DNA of 63,982 nt, the filler included, from Lenisia limosa (lineage: Eukaryota > Protista > Breviatea), in NCBI GenBank assembly GCA_001655205.1. It is 18 parts of 18 records of this genome, joined end to end, with 100 filler letters (N's around TTAATTAATTAA, not from the genome) between each part and the next. Parts side by side here need not be neighbours in the genome. Positions count along the whole stretch, not along the records: positions 24,510 to 26,624 come from LPNZ01005082.1; positions 26,725 to 28,198 come from LPNZ01001264.1; positions 28,299 to 31,164 come from LPNZ01005289.1; positions 31,265 to 35,881 come from LPNZ01011128.1; positions 35,982 to 49,017 come from LPNZ01002103.1; 13 more parts are not named here. One strand, written 5' to 3'. Shown in pieces: positions 24,897 to 38,186 of this stretch; positions within the stretch are counted from its first letter, which is position 1, and the number at the start of each line of letters is the position of its first letter. The notes under the pieces were generated by a model, which searched no databases, was not told the origin of the DNA, and saw only the letters and a list, made by a program, of their open reading frames with translations. The position numbers and the translations under genes were made by a program.

Positions 24897-26624
24897 ATCT
24901 CCTTCAACGCAGTGGGACCTGAAACAACCTATTCCTGGCAAGTAGCCTCGAGCAGTAGCGACAGTGATTTGGACCGACAGTTTGAAGTCGTCAATGTTGG
25001 GCTCTTTCCGGACGTTTGTGTCTGCTATAGTGAATTTCAGGCTGAGGTTGGGGGGGGGGGGGNNNNNNNNNNNNNNNNNNNNNNNNNNNNNNNNNNNNNN
25101 NNNNNNNNNNNNNNNNNNNNNNNNNNNNNNATTATATCTCTCATCATATTATACATTTACATTACATTCGAATATCTCTCTGGGAGGGGTTGGGAGTGAA
25201 TTGAAGATACAAAATCCTCTTATAACTGTGTGTGATGGTTTGTACAGCCTCAGCCGGATACCATACCACGTACTTGCTTGATTGACAACTAGGGCTTCAC
25301 TTCAGTTTGAAAATAACCAGGAAAATATCAATAGTTTTCAAGGATTTATCGAGAAATTCGGTCATTTTTTGAACCGAAGCGAAGGCCTATTTACAACATT
25401 CAGCCTTTCGAGATTGTGGCGAAAAAGAGTCCTCCCGACCCGGGTGGAGCCAAAAAGCCTTCCAGCCGCTTCGCCATCCCGATTCGCTTCGGTTCCGACT
25501 CTTCCGATGACGACGATTGGTGATCACGTGATCGCTTTCGTTTTATTATTCAAATGGTCCCTGGTATTTCCTTTATGGAAATGATCACTGATCATATCTG
25601 GAGGTTCTTCGTCAGCAAAAGCGCTGATAGACAGAAGGGTATGNNNNNNNNNNNNNNNNNNNNNNNNNNNNNNNNNNNNNNNNNNNNNNNNNNNNNNNNN
25701 NNNNNNNNNNNNNNNNNNNNNNNNNNAAGACGGGTTGTTAACCAGAGTGGTGAAGCCCTCAATTTTCTGGTCCTTCGCCTGGCATCTCTTGTCCTCCAAG
25801 CTTACGTACAAGATAAGACGTTCTATGATAGCGTTTGAGATAGGGCTGTTTTTTTCATTTTATTGTTTTATTTGAATTGTCTATATCAGACTCACGTGTT
25901 GTTTATGTATCTATCTTTTTAGTCTCTGCGTAATGAGAAGGGCGATTTTGATGCTGAGGCACACAGAGAGCTGTGTGTACATCGAGTTATAAGGCAAATA
26001 ATATCTCTTGGAAGCGTGAGTGTGAATGGCTTCAATCATATACAACTCACTCATTTACCGAAAAGTTCTTAGGTAATGCGACGCTCTCAGGTGCGAGTGA
26101 GACTGGGAACTCAGAACTTTTGCTTTGTACTCCGACCAAAAGTGCCATTAATTTTGAATTTAGTGACGAGAAAACATTTCAGACACTAATTTCAAATAGT
26201 GTTAATTTCTCTCCTACGAAACTGCGATGTGCTCCGCTTCAATAGAGAAACTGCAACACAAATGCCATTCGCCAAAAAAGGGATCCCTCCTCAGCTCTCG
26301 GGGTATCGACTTGGGAGTGGTGTAATATTTGCCCATTCAGAATTCGATGGAAAATGAAAAATCTAACTTTTCATAAGAATGCCAAGAATGGTGCAATTTA
26401 AATAGGATTAAGAATTGCAGGAGCCTCACATAATTATATGGCTGATTAGAGGTTTTTTAAAAAACACAAAACCCAGGACGCTTCAGGTGAATGAATCTGC
26501 ATCAAAAATCTAATTAAATAAGCGAACCTGGGGAGCGGCTCGGGAAGACAGCGTCCAAAGGATTGAGCTGCATTCCGTCACGATTCCGCCGCCGCAGTCC
26601 ACGCTACTCCGGGGCTCTACCTTC
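24897..26624 (+). CDS. Hypothetical protein, multi-exon fragment (weak resemblance to DUF547 N-terminal region)
   Basis: Exons ISFNAVGPETTYSWQV..., PFEIVAKKSPPDPGG...DSSDDDD, RVVNQSGEALNFLVLRLASLVLQAY and SLRNEKGDFDAEAHREL. The family guess is from memory only. Confidence 0.5.
25290..25389. mobile_element. MITE family A (~100 bp, TAGGGCTTCACTTCGGTTCG...CGAACCGAAGTGAAGCCCTA); representative copy
   Basis: Long TIRs and a near-perfect 8-bp TSD (TTGACAAC/TTTACAAC). Other full or partial copies at about 5770, 17172, 17578, 18044, 18610, 19138, 22055, 23775, 24780, 32488, 35108, 53440, 55130, 57079, 58503, 59711 and 60227. Confidence 0.9.
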
Positions 26625-26744
26625 NNNNNNNNNNNNNNNNNNNNNNNNNNNNNNNNNNNNNNNNNNNNTTAATTAATTAANNNNNNNNNNNNNNNNNNNN
26701 NNNNNNNNNNNNNNNNNNNNNNNNAGGGTAACTTCACTTCCTCC

Positions 26745-28175
26745 TACCTCGCAGTTGCCGCTATGGATGTCAACAATCTCCACACTAAAACCAAATTCCA
26801 GGTGGGAGGGGGGGATAAAAGATAGAAAAGAAACCCAAACATTAAACGTTCTTTAAAGTTGAGGGGGGTGGAGGATTGGTTGGTTAGTGGGAAATTGAAC
26901 TGCAATTGAAATAGTTGAAAATAAGGGAACAAATTATTTTGACTCTTTTTATTACTCATATTAATTCACCCCTTTTATGTAAATTTATTTTCCCTTTAAT
27001 TATCTACTTTTTATTACACCCAAATCCGCCTTTACCTAATTAATTTACCCTTTTTTTTAACACATATCATTCCCTTCACGCAAATTAATTCACACCAAGG
27101 CGTTTGATGGACGCAGTATGGATGGAAAGCTGAAGTACCCATATCTAGCCTCCAGCCCCACAGTCCTCATGACATGCAATGACGTCTCAAAATCGGAATT
27201 TGTGACACACGTGGGGGGGGGGGTAAAACAAAATGTCAACTTTCATGGATAAACATTTCTAATTTACATTGAGTATTTAGTAGGACTCCGAATCTGTTGG
27301 GCTCCGTGCAATCTATTGTCATTGTTACTGCATTTCAAGCACTTTTATTCTCATTTTGTTGATTACTTTCTTCAAAATATTAATCATACAATTTAGAAAT
27401 GTTGTTTGGTTTGAATGACCTGAGTAAGTATTGACCATTTCCTTGGTTCATATCGATATTACAGCTAATCGGTCAAGACTTACAAAGGACAGTGTACACA
27501 TACTTTTCCCTACACAATTAATTTGTATTGTAGTTCAATACATACATGTATGTTTCTCAAAATATCATCATAAGACATCATATGATCTATTTATTAAACC
27601 TTCCTTGTGTTCCCAAAAAATATCTTCTCAAAAAAGACCGAATCTCTCTGTATTTGATAGATTTCGATATTCCACCCTTTTTTTCGGCTCTAATTTTTTT
27701 TTTCCTCTTTGATTTTTATCTATTGGAGGTATATATATTTAAATTTCCCAACCGAAAAAGCAGTCATACTGTAGCTCTGGGGTATCTCTCCTAACAACTA
27801 CGAAATAACTGTTGGTGACTTTCGAGCTGACAATCACGTGGCGTGCAGTGGGTAGAGGCTCAAGGTCATCATTATCATCATCATTATTATTATCGTCACC
27901 ATCATAATCATAAAAACAATCATCGTCTTCAATCAGTATCATCATTGTGTCCCTCTATCATCATCGACAAGGTCTTCAATACCATTCACAATAATGCACA
28001 TTACTAAATTGCCACCTTATCACGAAACTGTAGTACATACATACATATATCATATATATACAGCTTATTTCTGGCTTATCACTGTCAACATCTTGTCACT
28101 CCTCCAGGCAGCCTTCCGTCAAACTGCCCATGTGCCAATATAAACACGTTTGTACTCAACGCTGGGGTGGCGCCT
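26745..28175 (-). CDS. Hypothetical protein, multi-exon fragment
   Basis: Splice-bounded GC-richer exons SKVTNSYFVVVRRDTPELQ, TSLHVMRTVGLEARYGYFSFPSILRPSNAL and VEIVDIHSGNCE. Confidence 0.4.
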
Positions 28176-28486
28176 GAAGACCCAAGACTCGCCCAAATNN
28201 NNNNNNNNNNNNNNNNNNNNNNNNNNNNNNNNNNNNNNNNNNTTAATTAATTAANNNNNNNNNNNNNNNNNNNNNNNNNNNNNNNNNNNNNNNNNNNNCA
28301 GTTTAAACTGTTTTCCTTACTTGTATGAAATAATTGGAAAATTACAAAGAAATTGGGTTTTGCTTCCCCCAGCTATGAAAACTTAAGAATTGCCCAAATA
28401 AGTTGAACAAAGAAAAAGTTATAGATTCCCCAAATAGATAAACTGCGAGCATTCCCCTCCACTTTATTACTGTAAGCGTCACCAAC

Positions 28487-28773
28487 CTTCTCCTCTGTCT
28501 TGGTACTAGCCTTAGCATCTTCAATTGCGGCATTGAGGCGCTCAACCAGCACCGCTTTCAGGCCCTTTGTCTCTAATCCAAGCTCCTTGAGGAACTCGCG
28601 CAGCTTGACAACCTGGGCAATTAGACCCCAGATTTCATTTAAAAAATAAAATTTAAGCTTTATAAACTTCAAGCACACGACAGAAGGGTAACAGGAGAAA
28701 GGGGAAAAACGTTTATCGACGACCAACTCACAGTGAGCTTAGACACGTTGGTTAATGTAGTAATATCCACCAT
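28487..28773 (-). CDS. SAP-domain protein, 5' part
   Basis: MVDITTLTNVSKLT|VVKLREFLKELGLETKGLKAVLVERL matches the SAP consensus (LxVxxLrxxLxxxGLxxxGxKaxLvxRL), split by a gtgag...cag intron. Confidence 0.85.
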
Positions 28774-30020
28774 TGTAGTTGATTAACGTCAAGTTTTCCA
28801 CGCTAGAGCAACTGTATCTACCGGTTTGGTTGGTTGTAAAACGTATTCTTTTGGAAACTCGATTATCTGTTGACCAAGTTATTAAAATACAGCTACACAC
28901 TTTCTGCTTCAATTTATAGAGAATGGTTAAACAAAAAAACAGTAGTTATATACCTGAAACTGGTGCCCTTTATACTCAATAAAAAAGGCTGAAACATCTT
29001 CTCTTTATCTTGTCACTATACTGGCATCTGTCACATATTTAGAGTATAACATCGTTGAGACCTAAATACAGGGGTTTGAAGAGAAGCTACCTGGAACTTT
29101 GCCGAATTTTCCCATCTTCGCAGCCCATGTAAAAGCTGATACAAGTCATGCTTTCCCTTTACCTCTGGTTCATCAATTAGCTCCTGTGTATATCTAGGTA
29201 TTCTGAGGGTGGCGTCCTGTAATTTACCTTCTTTGATTCAAATATCCACTCTTAATTTTGGCCATGCTTTGTCTTATCTCCATTCATCTAACAGCTCTTC
29301 ACTGCCCCTCTTTCTCCTTTTTCCAGATTTGTAAACAACATGTTGTAGATGTTTGTTTTCTAGGACTAGCCGAGGAAATAATTCTGTTTTCTTTCAGCTT
29401 CTTGTCCGATCCTTTGACCTGACTGTCTTAGACCAGGCGATGGGTACTTCGCCGCCGCCGCTGCCATGTCGCGATATCATTGTCAGGTACGATTATTTAG
29501 GGTTTATGTCGGCAACAGGCTGTGTAGATACATGGCAATCAAATCAAAAAATAGACGTGTAGTTTTTGGTTGTCTTGGCGAGTGGGTTCGGCGTCGACTA
29601 TTGCAAGATATTGGCTGCAAAAAGTTTGGTTATTATTTGCCCCTTTATGTACTTTTTAAAAGATATTATCTCTTGGTGTCTGTTATGTTTCAACTAGGGT
29701 TTACAGTTTTTTTTTTGTTTTGTTTTTTTGGAGCCTTGTGCTTGTCTTTTGAGCCTTGTTGTCTTTTGAGCCTTGTGCTTGTCTTTTGAGCCTTGTGCTT
29801 GTTTTTTGACCCAACTGTGGTGTTTTGCTTCTGTTTTTCAATTTATGAGTACCCCCCCACCCCTCGCTATTTTTTATTTGCTTTGTTCGGATTTCCAGAT
29901 TAATTGGTTCGTGATTAGGTATTCCTAATCAAAATATCNNNNNNNNNNNNNNNNNNNNNNNNNNNNNNNNNNNNNNNNNNNNNNNNNNNNNNNNNNNNNN
30001 NNNNNNNNNNNNNNNNNNNN

Positions 30021-31050
30021 CAGCAAACTCATCGAAAACTTCACGGACGACATACACCCCGACAGCCCGTCCGTCACACCTGCCGAAACAGTGGAGGCCG
30101 TAGCACTCCTTAGTGTCCGTCTGCAGAACCTGAGTCAGATCAGCCGACCAAATGCCGACTCCCGGCCTGGCAAGGCGCCAAAGCCATGCAAAAGCCCGCC
30201 GCCGACTGCCGAAACAGTCAAGCCTCGTCATGTTACCCGGTCTATGGTGGCTGATAAGGAACCGAGGAAGACTCCTGTATCTCCGAAACGTGGGAGAAGC
30301 TTGCCGTCCACCCCAGGTAATGCGCAACTGGGGCCATTATATGATATAATAGTTAACTATTAACCTTCTTAACCCTTGTCTTTATAAATATGCGCAAATA
30401 CTGTTCTGGGATATCCTGTTACCAATTACATAGTAACATGGCTTCGATGATTTATACGGGTTAGTGTTGTTTATTGCTCATCTTTTTATATCATATACAC
30501 ACGTGATGCTATCAACAACCATTTGTATATCCTCATAATATTGAACGAGGAACCCATCCCGGTACTTCTTCACACCCCCAGGTACCCCACAGAGGAAACC
30601 AGCACCCCACGTTGTGCCCTCAGGGCTCAATATTTTTTCAGCCACAGACCGGGTGCAAGATATCTCGGACTACCCCAACATAAAGTGGGGTTGCGTATTA
30701 TGATGAGTTACGATTTCCATTTTATGGCATCCCCAATATTTGATATTCTTATGTTTCCCTTTGATGGCATCCCCAATATTTGATATTCTTATGTTTGTCC
30801 TTCAGAAGGTAGAATCCTGTTTTTGTGATAATTTTGGGTTTTTAAATCAGATATACAATATGTGCAAATGTTGTAAGTTTACCCCCCGCCCCAGGCCGCA
30901 TAGACAGCCTCGGGTGTCCATCAAACTAGGTCACGTGTACGTGCCGCAACATATCTCGGAAAGGGCCCACTATCCACACGATAACAAGTGGACCGAGAAA
31001 AAGGAGGAAGATGTCAACACCGCGGAAGTTCCGGAATTCGCTAGAATACG
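30021..31050 (+). CDS. Hypothetical S/T-P-rich protein, multi-exon fragment
   Basis: Exons SKLIENFTDDIHPDSPSVTP...KTPVSPKRGRSLPSTP / GTPQRKPAPHVVPSGLNIFSATDR / PHRQPRVSIKLGHVYVP...EFARI. Confidence 0.6.
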
Positions 31051-31269
31051 TGGGTGTAATAGTTGTCTTTTTTTTTATACATTTTAGCCATAAATCCTGA
31101 TGATGATAAGGCCTTCTTACTGTATAAAGCGGGTGACCCTATTGAAGATGGTGGGGGGGGGGGGNNNNNNNNNNNNNNNNNNNNNNNNNNNNNNNNNNNN
31201 NNNNNNNNTTAATTAATTAANNNNNNNNNNNNNNNNNNNNNNNNNNNNNNNNNNNNNNNNNNNNTGTGT

Positions 31270-33885
31270 ATTCGCTTGTTCCTTACACCGTCCGCCTCTT
31301 TTACCCTGTTAGACCGAAGGAAACAGGCAGGACCGTCCCAGTGCCGCTCTACCTCAACAACACCAGGGCCCAGTTGATCATGACCCCTCCTGGTTAGCAT
31401 CGGAATGAACACTTCAATCAGTTCCTTTATTTTGACCCATAATTCCTTCACCCAAATCTCCATTTCACTCCTCCTCCGACTGGCCTGGCTTTTTTTCGTT
31501 CTTTAGTTCCCTCTTCACCCCCCCCCCCCCCNNNNNNNNNNNNNNNNNNNNNNNNNNNNNNNNNNNNNNNNNNNNNNNNNNNNNNNNNNNNNNNNNNNNN
31601 NNNNNNNNNNNNNNNNNNNNNNNNNNNGAGTAATTCGCTACATTATATACGTTTTCAATCTTACATGGATAAATGCGTGTTGAACATTTCATCTTTGGTC
31701 TCTGCCATGTTTCGAACGCGGTTTCTCTTTGGAATTCCTTCCACGGGGCTGCTTCGCATCTCTCTACCAGTTTTATACTCAATTAGGTGCGTGTCTTGAG
31801 ACGGAGACCATTTCCCATAAAATTCTCGGCTTGTTTATGTCGTCAATCCTTACTGCCATCTCCTGATACACTCGATATTTTACTTGATGGTGATACCTTT
31901 TCGCAACACACCCATTTGGGGATATAAAGTGGTTAATCTAGTTTGACGCTGCATTCAAATGTCAAGAAATTCAAAATTGAGAATCGAAATAACAACTTTA
32001 CACCTTCCACTATGCTTTAGACTTGACCGCACAGTAAAAGGTTCGTCTGAAAGTGTCAGAATAGTCCACAATTGGTTGTCATAGATAAGACTCCTTCACT
32101 TTTTTTAATTTAAATGTTAAAAACAATATATATCATCTACAAAAAAAAAAAAAAANNNNNNNNNNNNNNNNNNNNNNNNNNNNNNNNNNNNNNNNNNNNN
32201 NNNNNNNNNNNNNNNNNNNTCGACCGATGAATCTAAAGCCTTTTCATCTCATGTTCATCATCACACAGTAGCAATTAGCCCCTCCCACTCTGTACATCCT
32301 GTATCATTGAGCCTTCTTTCGGTGGAATAAACATGCAGGCAATACTGCATATCGGCTGGGGGAGGGGGTGAGTACTNNNNNNNNNNACCGAATGGATTGA
32401 AAGATCCAGGAGTCATGGGAGTCTCGTTCACCTTTTTCTTGAAATTGCCTGGAATAGTTAGCAAGAAGACACACTTCACACTACAGTTTACTTCGGTTCG
32501 AAAAAGACAGACAAAATATCAATATTTATCGAGGATTTATCTTGAAATTCAGTCTAATTACGAACCGAAGTGAAACCTTGCTTCGCACAAACCATTCTTC
32601 GCGAAGTGAAGCAACCGTGGGTTTTCAGGAAAGACGCAAGCCACAGCCTTGCCAAAGGACGATAATGGCATTGGGAGGAAAGGAAGCCCTTGGAGGTCCC
32701 CTGGGGAAGGGGGGAGTTAATTTCGGGCAGAGCAATATTGTGAAGGAAGGGGAGGAGGGAAACGAAGGAAATTTCGATGAATAGTGGCGTAAAGGCACTC
32801 ATCACGAACCGGGAGTAAAAATGGAAAATCTAAACAAAAAAAACCACAAATCAACTCTGTTGGCTGATAACACACAAAGGTTGATAACAAAATAAACAAA
32901 GCCCAGGCCTGTCGCTTCTGCAGCACCACATCCCATCACTCCAACGTACGTAAAAATGAAAAATAATGAAGAAAAACAAATAAGTACCCTTCCCTTCCCC
33001 CGTTATTTTGGCTTAACGTTTAAGGGGGGGGGGGTACAAAATTAAGCTTGGCCAGCCGCTTTTGCCTATGAACCATCCCAATTCTTTGCTGAGTATACAA
33101 ATAAAATATAAAAATGGGGGGTGAACCATCCTACCTGTTCCGTTGGGTTCTCCAGTGTTGAACCTACATCATCAGAACAGAACAGCTTGTTATTCACTCG
33201 AAACTTATATATAAACATGCCAATGATTATATTAAATATAATAGCGATCCTTGTGATCGGAAAAAGGCCTCTGAGTGAACGTGTTGCTTGCCAAAAAAGT
33301 TGATTGTGAGTTTTTGTTTTGTTTCAATTTCCATTTATACCCCCCCCCCACATTCCGTTTTCGAAACCTGCCGCATGGCCTCCAGTACTACTCCAGAATN
33401 NNNNNNNNNTGGTTTTGCTCTCCAACCTAGAAGGAGACAGGCTGATTATGAGTAGGCAATGTAAGAATCTGAAGGATGAAACAAAGGGGAAATGGGTGGG
33501 CCGCAAGATATGGTTGTTTATAGTGCTAAATAATGATCAGAGATAGTAGTGCTGTGAAGAGCACAGAGGACATAGTAAGAACCTACTTCGAGAAGTGTAC
33601 ACGTTAAACGAAGCTTTAGCAGTATATATTGTGTAAATAAACAATTAAAAGCTATTGAGACGGACAAGAGGCAGAAAAATGGCGAAAACCACACTCTTGA
33701 AGTACAAAACCCGGCCTGTTCCCATTTTTTTTTTGTTTTTTCTGCATTTTCAGCAATAAAATCTATTATTTAATCGGTGCAAAAAGCAGATACAAAAGAG
33801 TAATTAACAAAGCCTCCAGAAAAAGGCGGGATAGAGAAGGAATGCGAAGTGATCTCGACGGGCAATAATCTTGAAGCTTGTACAT
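31270..33885 (-). CDS. Hypothetical multi-exon protein, head-to-head with GCP4
   Basis: Putative MYKLQDYCPSRSLRIPSLSRLFLEAL|PGFVLQECGFRHFSAS|SFNVYTSRS, with later exons GTSKGFLSSQCHYRPLARLWLASFLKTH, NFKKKVNETPMTPGSFNPFG and DMQYCLHVYSTERRLNDTG. The start codon is uncertain. Confidence 0.5.
32750..32945 (-). repeat. Intronic repeat family C/D (TGGAGTGATGGGATG...GCTGCAGAAGCGAC...CCAACAGAGTTGATTT...TTTTACTCCC / ...GAAATTTCCTTCGTTTTACCCC); longest copy
   Basis: Related segments at about 7000, 9690, 9780, 15720, 17240, 24510, 29885, 34490, 35580-35780, 50930, 51390, 53628-53720, 53880, 56340, 56800 and 58740. Confidence 0.8.
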
Positions 33886-33920
33886 CTTTATACCAAAGCT
33901 TGAAAACTTGAAATCTTGTA

Positions 33921-35852
33921 ATGCAACACGAGATCCTCTTCGCGCTTTCAGGATACCCTGGCGAGGTTCTTTCCTTGATACAGGACGAAAACGCACCTCC
34001 ACAAGCGCCCGAGTCAGCCTACCACATCACCGTCAGACCGCCTGTTGACACGCATCCAAGTGAACGATCCGTGCTTGAGCCTTTAGCGGCGATCTCTACT
34101 GCTGCTTACAGACTGATTAAGTTCTCGCAGAATACGGAGAGTGGTATGGTGGGTTAAATATAGTAATATTTATGAAGTACACTGACCTGGATAAGTCGGG
34201 GGGAGGGGTGTCTTTTATGTTGTTACTTGCTCTCAGAGTGAGAGCGATCCAGAGTAATACTGCAATTTCCATTATTTGACACTGGCAATGGCAGAAGCTC
34301 TTTTGATGTCTCTCTTTGAGATATTGGTGTTGTATTCATTATGTTTGGTTGACACGCAAAATGCTGTTTACACAGAGTTGTAAGGTTACAATAATCCAAT
34401 ATCCCTAATACAATAATCCAATATCCCTTATACAATTATCCAATATCCCTTATAAGCGTTCGGATGGCTACTGCCTGATACTTCCTACTGGGCTTTGTTT
34501 GTTNNNNNNNNNNNNNNNNNNNNNNNNNNNNNNNNNNNNNNNNNNNNNNNNNNNNNNNNNNNNNNNNNNNNNNNNNNNNNNNNNNNNNNNNNNNNNAATT
34601 TTACTCCCCTCCCCCCCTACATTGCCTTATTACACCTTTCAAGGTGAAGGCCTTCTTTTTCGGTCTTTCCGAGAGGCGATTGGCGAAGAATTGAGCCGCT
34701 ACAGACAAGACATTCTAAAGGTATTTCAGGTCTTCATATATATTGTGGGTAATTTTACTTTTGATTATTCCCCCGTATTTAACTCTCTATTCCAGTACTC
34801 TTTTCTCTCAGCCCAAGATGCTCTTTTCATTACCTGACACTCCTTTTGATCTATGTTCACGTAAAGACCAAGATGCTCTTTTATTACCTGTCACTTTGAT
34901 CAATGATCATGTAAAGACCAAGATCTATCATTTGTACAAGTCAAAAGATATCATATATGGTCTTTTGGATGAACTGACACTTTAGGTCGAAAGTGATATT
35001 CTCAAAGACCGCCATCTCAGTATTCTACATATTAAGGCGGAATTGGGCAAAGTGGGAGGGCGGAGTAGATGTGTGTTTTTTTTTGTGTGGGAGGGAGGGG
35101 AGATGAGTAGGGCCTCATTCACTTCGAAAAAACCCGGAAACTATTGATAGTTTTCGAAGATTTATCGAGAAATGTAGTCTTTTTTCGAACCGAAGTGGAG
35201 CCCTAGGTGTGAGTGATGGTCTATCTGCAGATAAAAGATCAAAGTAGAATTGGGTAAAATGGGAATTGAGTAAAGGATAGGGGGGTCAATGGGTGGGAGG
35301 GATTTGAATTGAGTGAAGGAGGCAAAGTGAGGGTTCCGATTTCTGGTGGCTGGTTTGAGTGTCTGTTTTGGGTGTCTGTTTTGGGTCTCACACATTCAGT
35401 ATGAAGGGTCACTGACCACTCTCTACCGAGCCATTTACAACATTCAAATGTCATCGAAGTCGACCGGTTAGTGGCATTTGAGAATTTTAAAAGATGGGAT
35501 TTTGGGACATAGCCACGTCACAAATCCCACAAATAGCTATTGAGACAGAATAATATTCATATTACGCACCCTTCATAGCAGAGTTGATTTTGTTTTTTGC
35601 TCAAATTCCGAGCCCCCAGAGTTGATTTTGGACTTTTTTGTTTCAATTTTACGCTGCCTGGGCTTCCCCCCTCCCCCCGTTTTTTTTTTGAGCCTTTTTT
35701 CAGATACTAGCCAGCAGAGTTGATTCTAGACTTTTTTGTTTCGTGAATTTTCCCCCCTTCCCCCCATTTTTACTCCCCGCAGGCAATATTATGGATGTAA
35801 TTCACTCCTCCACCGTTACTGGTTTTGCACACATCGCTGAAATGATGAAAAG
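33921..35852 (+). CDS. TUBGCP4: Gamma-tubulin complex component 4, 5' part (5 exons)
   Basis: MQHEILFALSGYPG...HPSERSVL, GLLFRSFREAIGEELSRYRQDIL, VESDILKDRHLSILHI and GNIMDVIH are collinear with GCP4 (MIHELLLALSGYPG...HPSETSVL...GLYLRAF...YRQALL...LEQEFLGDPHLSI). Truncated by the scaffold end. Confidence 0.9.
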
Positions 35853-36039
35853 GTTGGCGATTCGTTTGTGGTGTCCCACACNNNNNNNNNNNNNNNNNNN
35901 NNNNNNNNNNNNNNNNNNNNNNNNNTTAATTAATTAANNNNNNNNNNNNNNNNNNNNNNNNNNNNNNNNNNNNNNNNNNNNAAAAAAAAAAAAAAGGGTG
36001 AAATGATAAAAACATGACTTTGCAAAATAAGAATGGCAC

Positions 36040-37961
36040 ATGACAAATTTGAGGCAAGAGGGTCAGAAGCCTACACTGGGGTCACCCTTGACAATGCCGC
36101 AACGGCCTTGAAGGTTCACGAGGTCAGTCTGGATGTGAAGAGGGCGGTTGTGGCATTAAAATATAGAGACATTTTGGAAATTCCGTTTTTTTTAGCAGAC
36201 AACTGGAAGAGTTGCAGTCCCGCGTTACTCACCTTGTGGATGAAGAGGGTCAAAGTGCCTCTGCCAATCCAGGCGCAGCAAGAAAGCCTGTAGAATAAGA
36301 AAACATTCTTCAAAGACAGCATAGGAAATGAAATTCAACGAATGATCAAACAATGAATACAATCTCCATCAAGAAATGAAGATCTCAACAAACTTTGAGA
36401 AGAGGTGGGTTGCGTGGGCCAATTTCCTGTCCTCCTCGGTGGCGGTGTCTGGGTCAAACTGTACAATGCAGGAGCCTTGCTGGGTGGGGTCAGAAGCGAG
36501 AGAGATACAGGCCCCAACTTAGTGTTGCAGTACTATCAGATAAGGTCAAGAATTATGTCCATCGTACTCCAAGTTCCTCGATTTTGGCGGAAATGTCCTC
36601 AGTGAAAGCAGCCTTGGGAATGTGGGGAACTTCTATGTGAGGTTAAGGATGGCGGGGATAATTTAGACAGATTGGTAGCTATATCTATGATGTAATACTA
36701 NNNNNNNNNNACATCATACATATGTTTCAGTACTATCAGATAAGGTCAAGAATTATGTCCATCGTACTCCAAGTTCCTCGATTTTGGNNNNNNNNNNAAA
36801 AACAACTACCAAAGCATTGGGAAAACACGCGGGCTGAATAAAAACAAAAACAACAACAAAAAAAAAGCCCACCGCATAAGATACAAAAAACAAAATACCG
36901 AAACAAAGGCGAGTTATCATATTACGACCCGCACGGCCTACGTTATCTCTGATGTGGTTGACGAAAGCCTTGAGGCCGCAGTTGACGAACNNNNNNNNNN
37001 AGAAATGTCCTCAGTGAAAGCAGCCTTCGGAATGTGGGGAACTTCTATGTGGGGTTAAGGATGGCGGGGATAATTTAGACAGATTGGTAGCTATATCTAT
37101 GATGTAATACTAATGCGAATCAACAGCAAGAATGTTATTGCTGTTCAGTGACAGCCCCACGAGGATCGAGAAGCTTGATGAGGTCGACCCAGGGAACGGT
37201 GAACTTGCGACCCTTGATGTGCTCGTGAGTGACCATTGTGCCCTCCTGTACCATACGGTAGTCGCAGGGAACCTGGAGGGGGGGGGGTAAATAGACAATT
37301 TCTGGGAAAACAAAAAAACATAAAAACAACTACTACCAAAGCATTGCGAAAACACGCGGGCTGAATAAAAACAAAAACAACAACAAAAAAAAAAAGCCCA
37401 CTGCATAAGATACAAAAACAAAATACCGAAACAAAGGCGAGTTATCATATTACGACCGGCACGGCCTACGTTATCTCTGATGTGGTTGACGAAAGCCTTG
37501 AGGCCGCAGTTGACGAACTTGGCAGTTTGGGGGTTATTGCGGCTGATCAGCTCACGGACCGACTAAAGGGGTCAGATGGGTAGTTGAAATTGTATGAGGG
37601 GGGGGGGTTGATTAAGGAAGGCGATAACAAAACAAACAAAAGGAAGACTCATATCGGAAGTGACCTGAAAAAGGATGAAATGCACAACCAATAAGCAAGC
37701 TCCCAAACATACAGGTGAAATGAGGTAGAGAGACTTTAACTCCTTCTTCTCATTACACGATTATGACAGAGAAACTGCAACATTCTCCAGCTTTCACATA
37801 TTATGTGTATGTGTTGTGATTGATTTCAACGTTCTGGTTATTTAGCTATCAACCGCCGGTCACCTTCTCGCCATCAAGTCAGCCACATTGAACTCCTTGT
37901 CAATTCCGTAGAACTCAATAAGACGGTCCACAAGCTCCTTCTGTGCGATGTCAAAGGTCAT
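36040..37961 (-). CDS. NSUN2: Trm4/NCL1/NSUN2 tRNA m5C methyltransferase-like, C-terminal (pre-PUA) half only
   Basis: IEFYGIDKEF...LMAR, LKSLYLISPSVRELI, KFVNCGLKAF, CDYRMVQEG, KIEELGQGSCIV and CAWIGRGTLTLFIHK are collinear with the yeast Trm4/human NSUN2 C-terminal region (DFYGID, KVINTGIK, CAFRLAQEG, LCGWRGKAS). No SAM/catalytic motifs seen. Confidence 0.8.
36700..37010. other. Assembly artefact: gap-flanked duplicates of neighbouring sequence
   Basis: 36727-36787 repeats about 36527-36587, 36820-36990 repeats about 37325-37520, and 37001-37110 overlaps about 36590-36700. All are separated by 10-N gaps. Confidence 0.8.
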
Positions 37962-38186
37962 GAATTGGAGGCGTGGGTAATCCGTGTGTAATGAACACAT
38001 ATCATGTAATGAAGAAAGTAATGAGTATCTCGCGTGTATTTTGTTATTAAGATGAGTCATTATCTCCATCGCGTGATACATAGAAACAGTAGCATCAGGA
38101 CACAGAGCATTACCCTCCGGTAATATAATTAATAGTCATATGTGAGCCATATTCGGTAATAGAATTAATTTAAATTCTGTTGTGCC

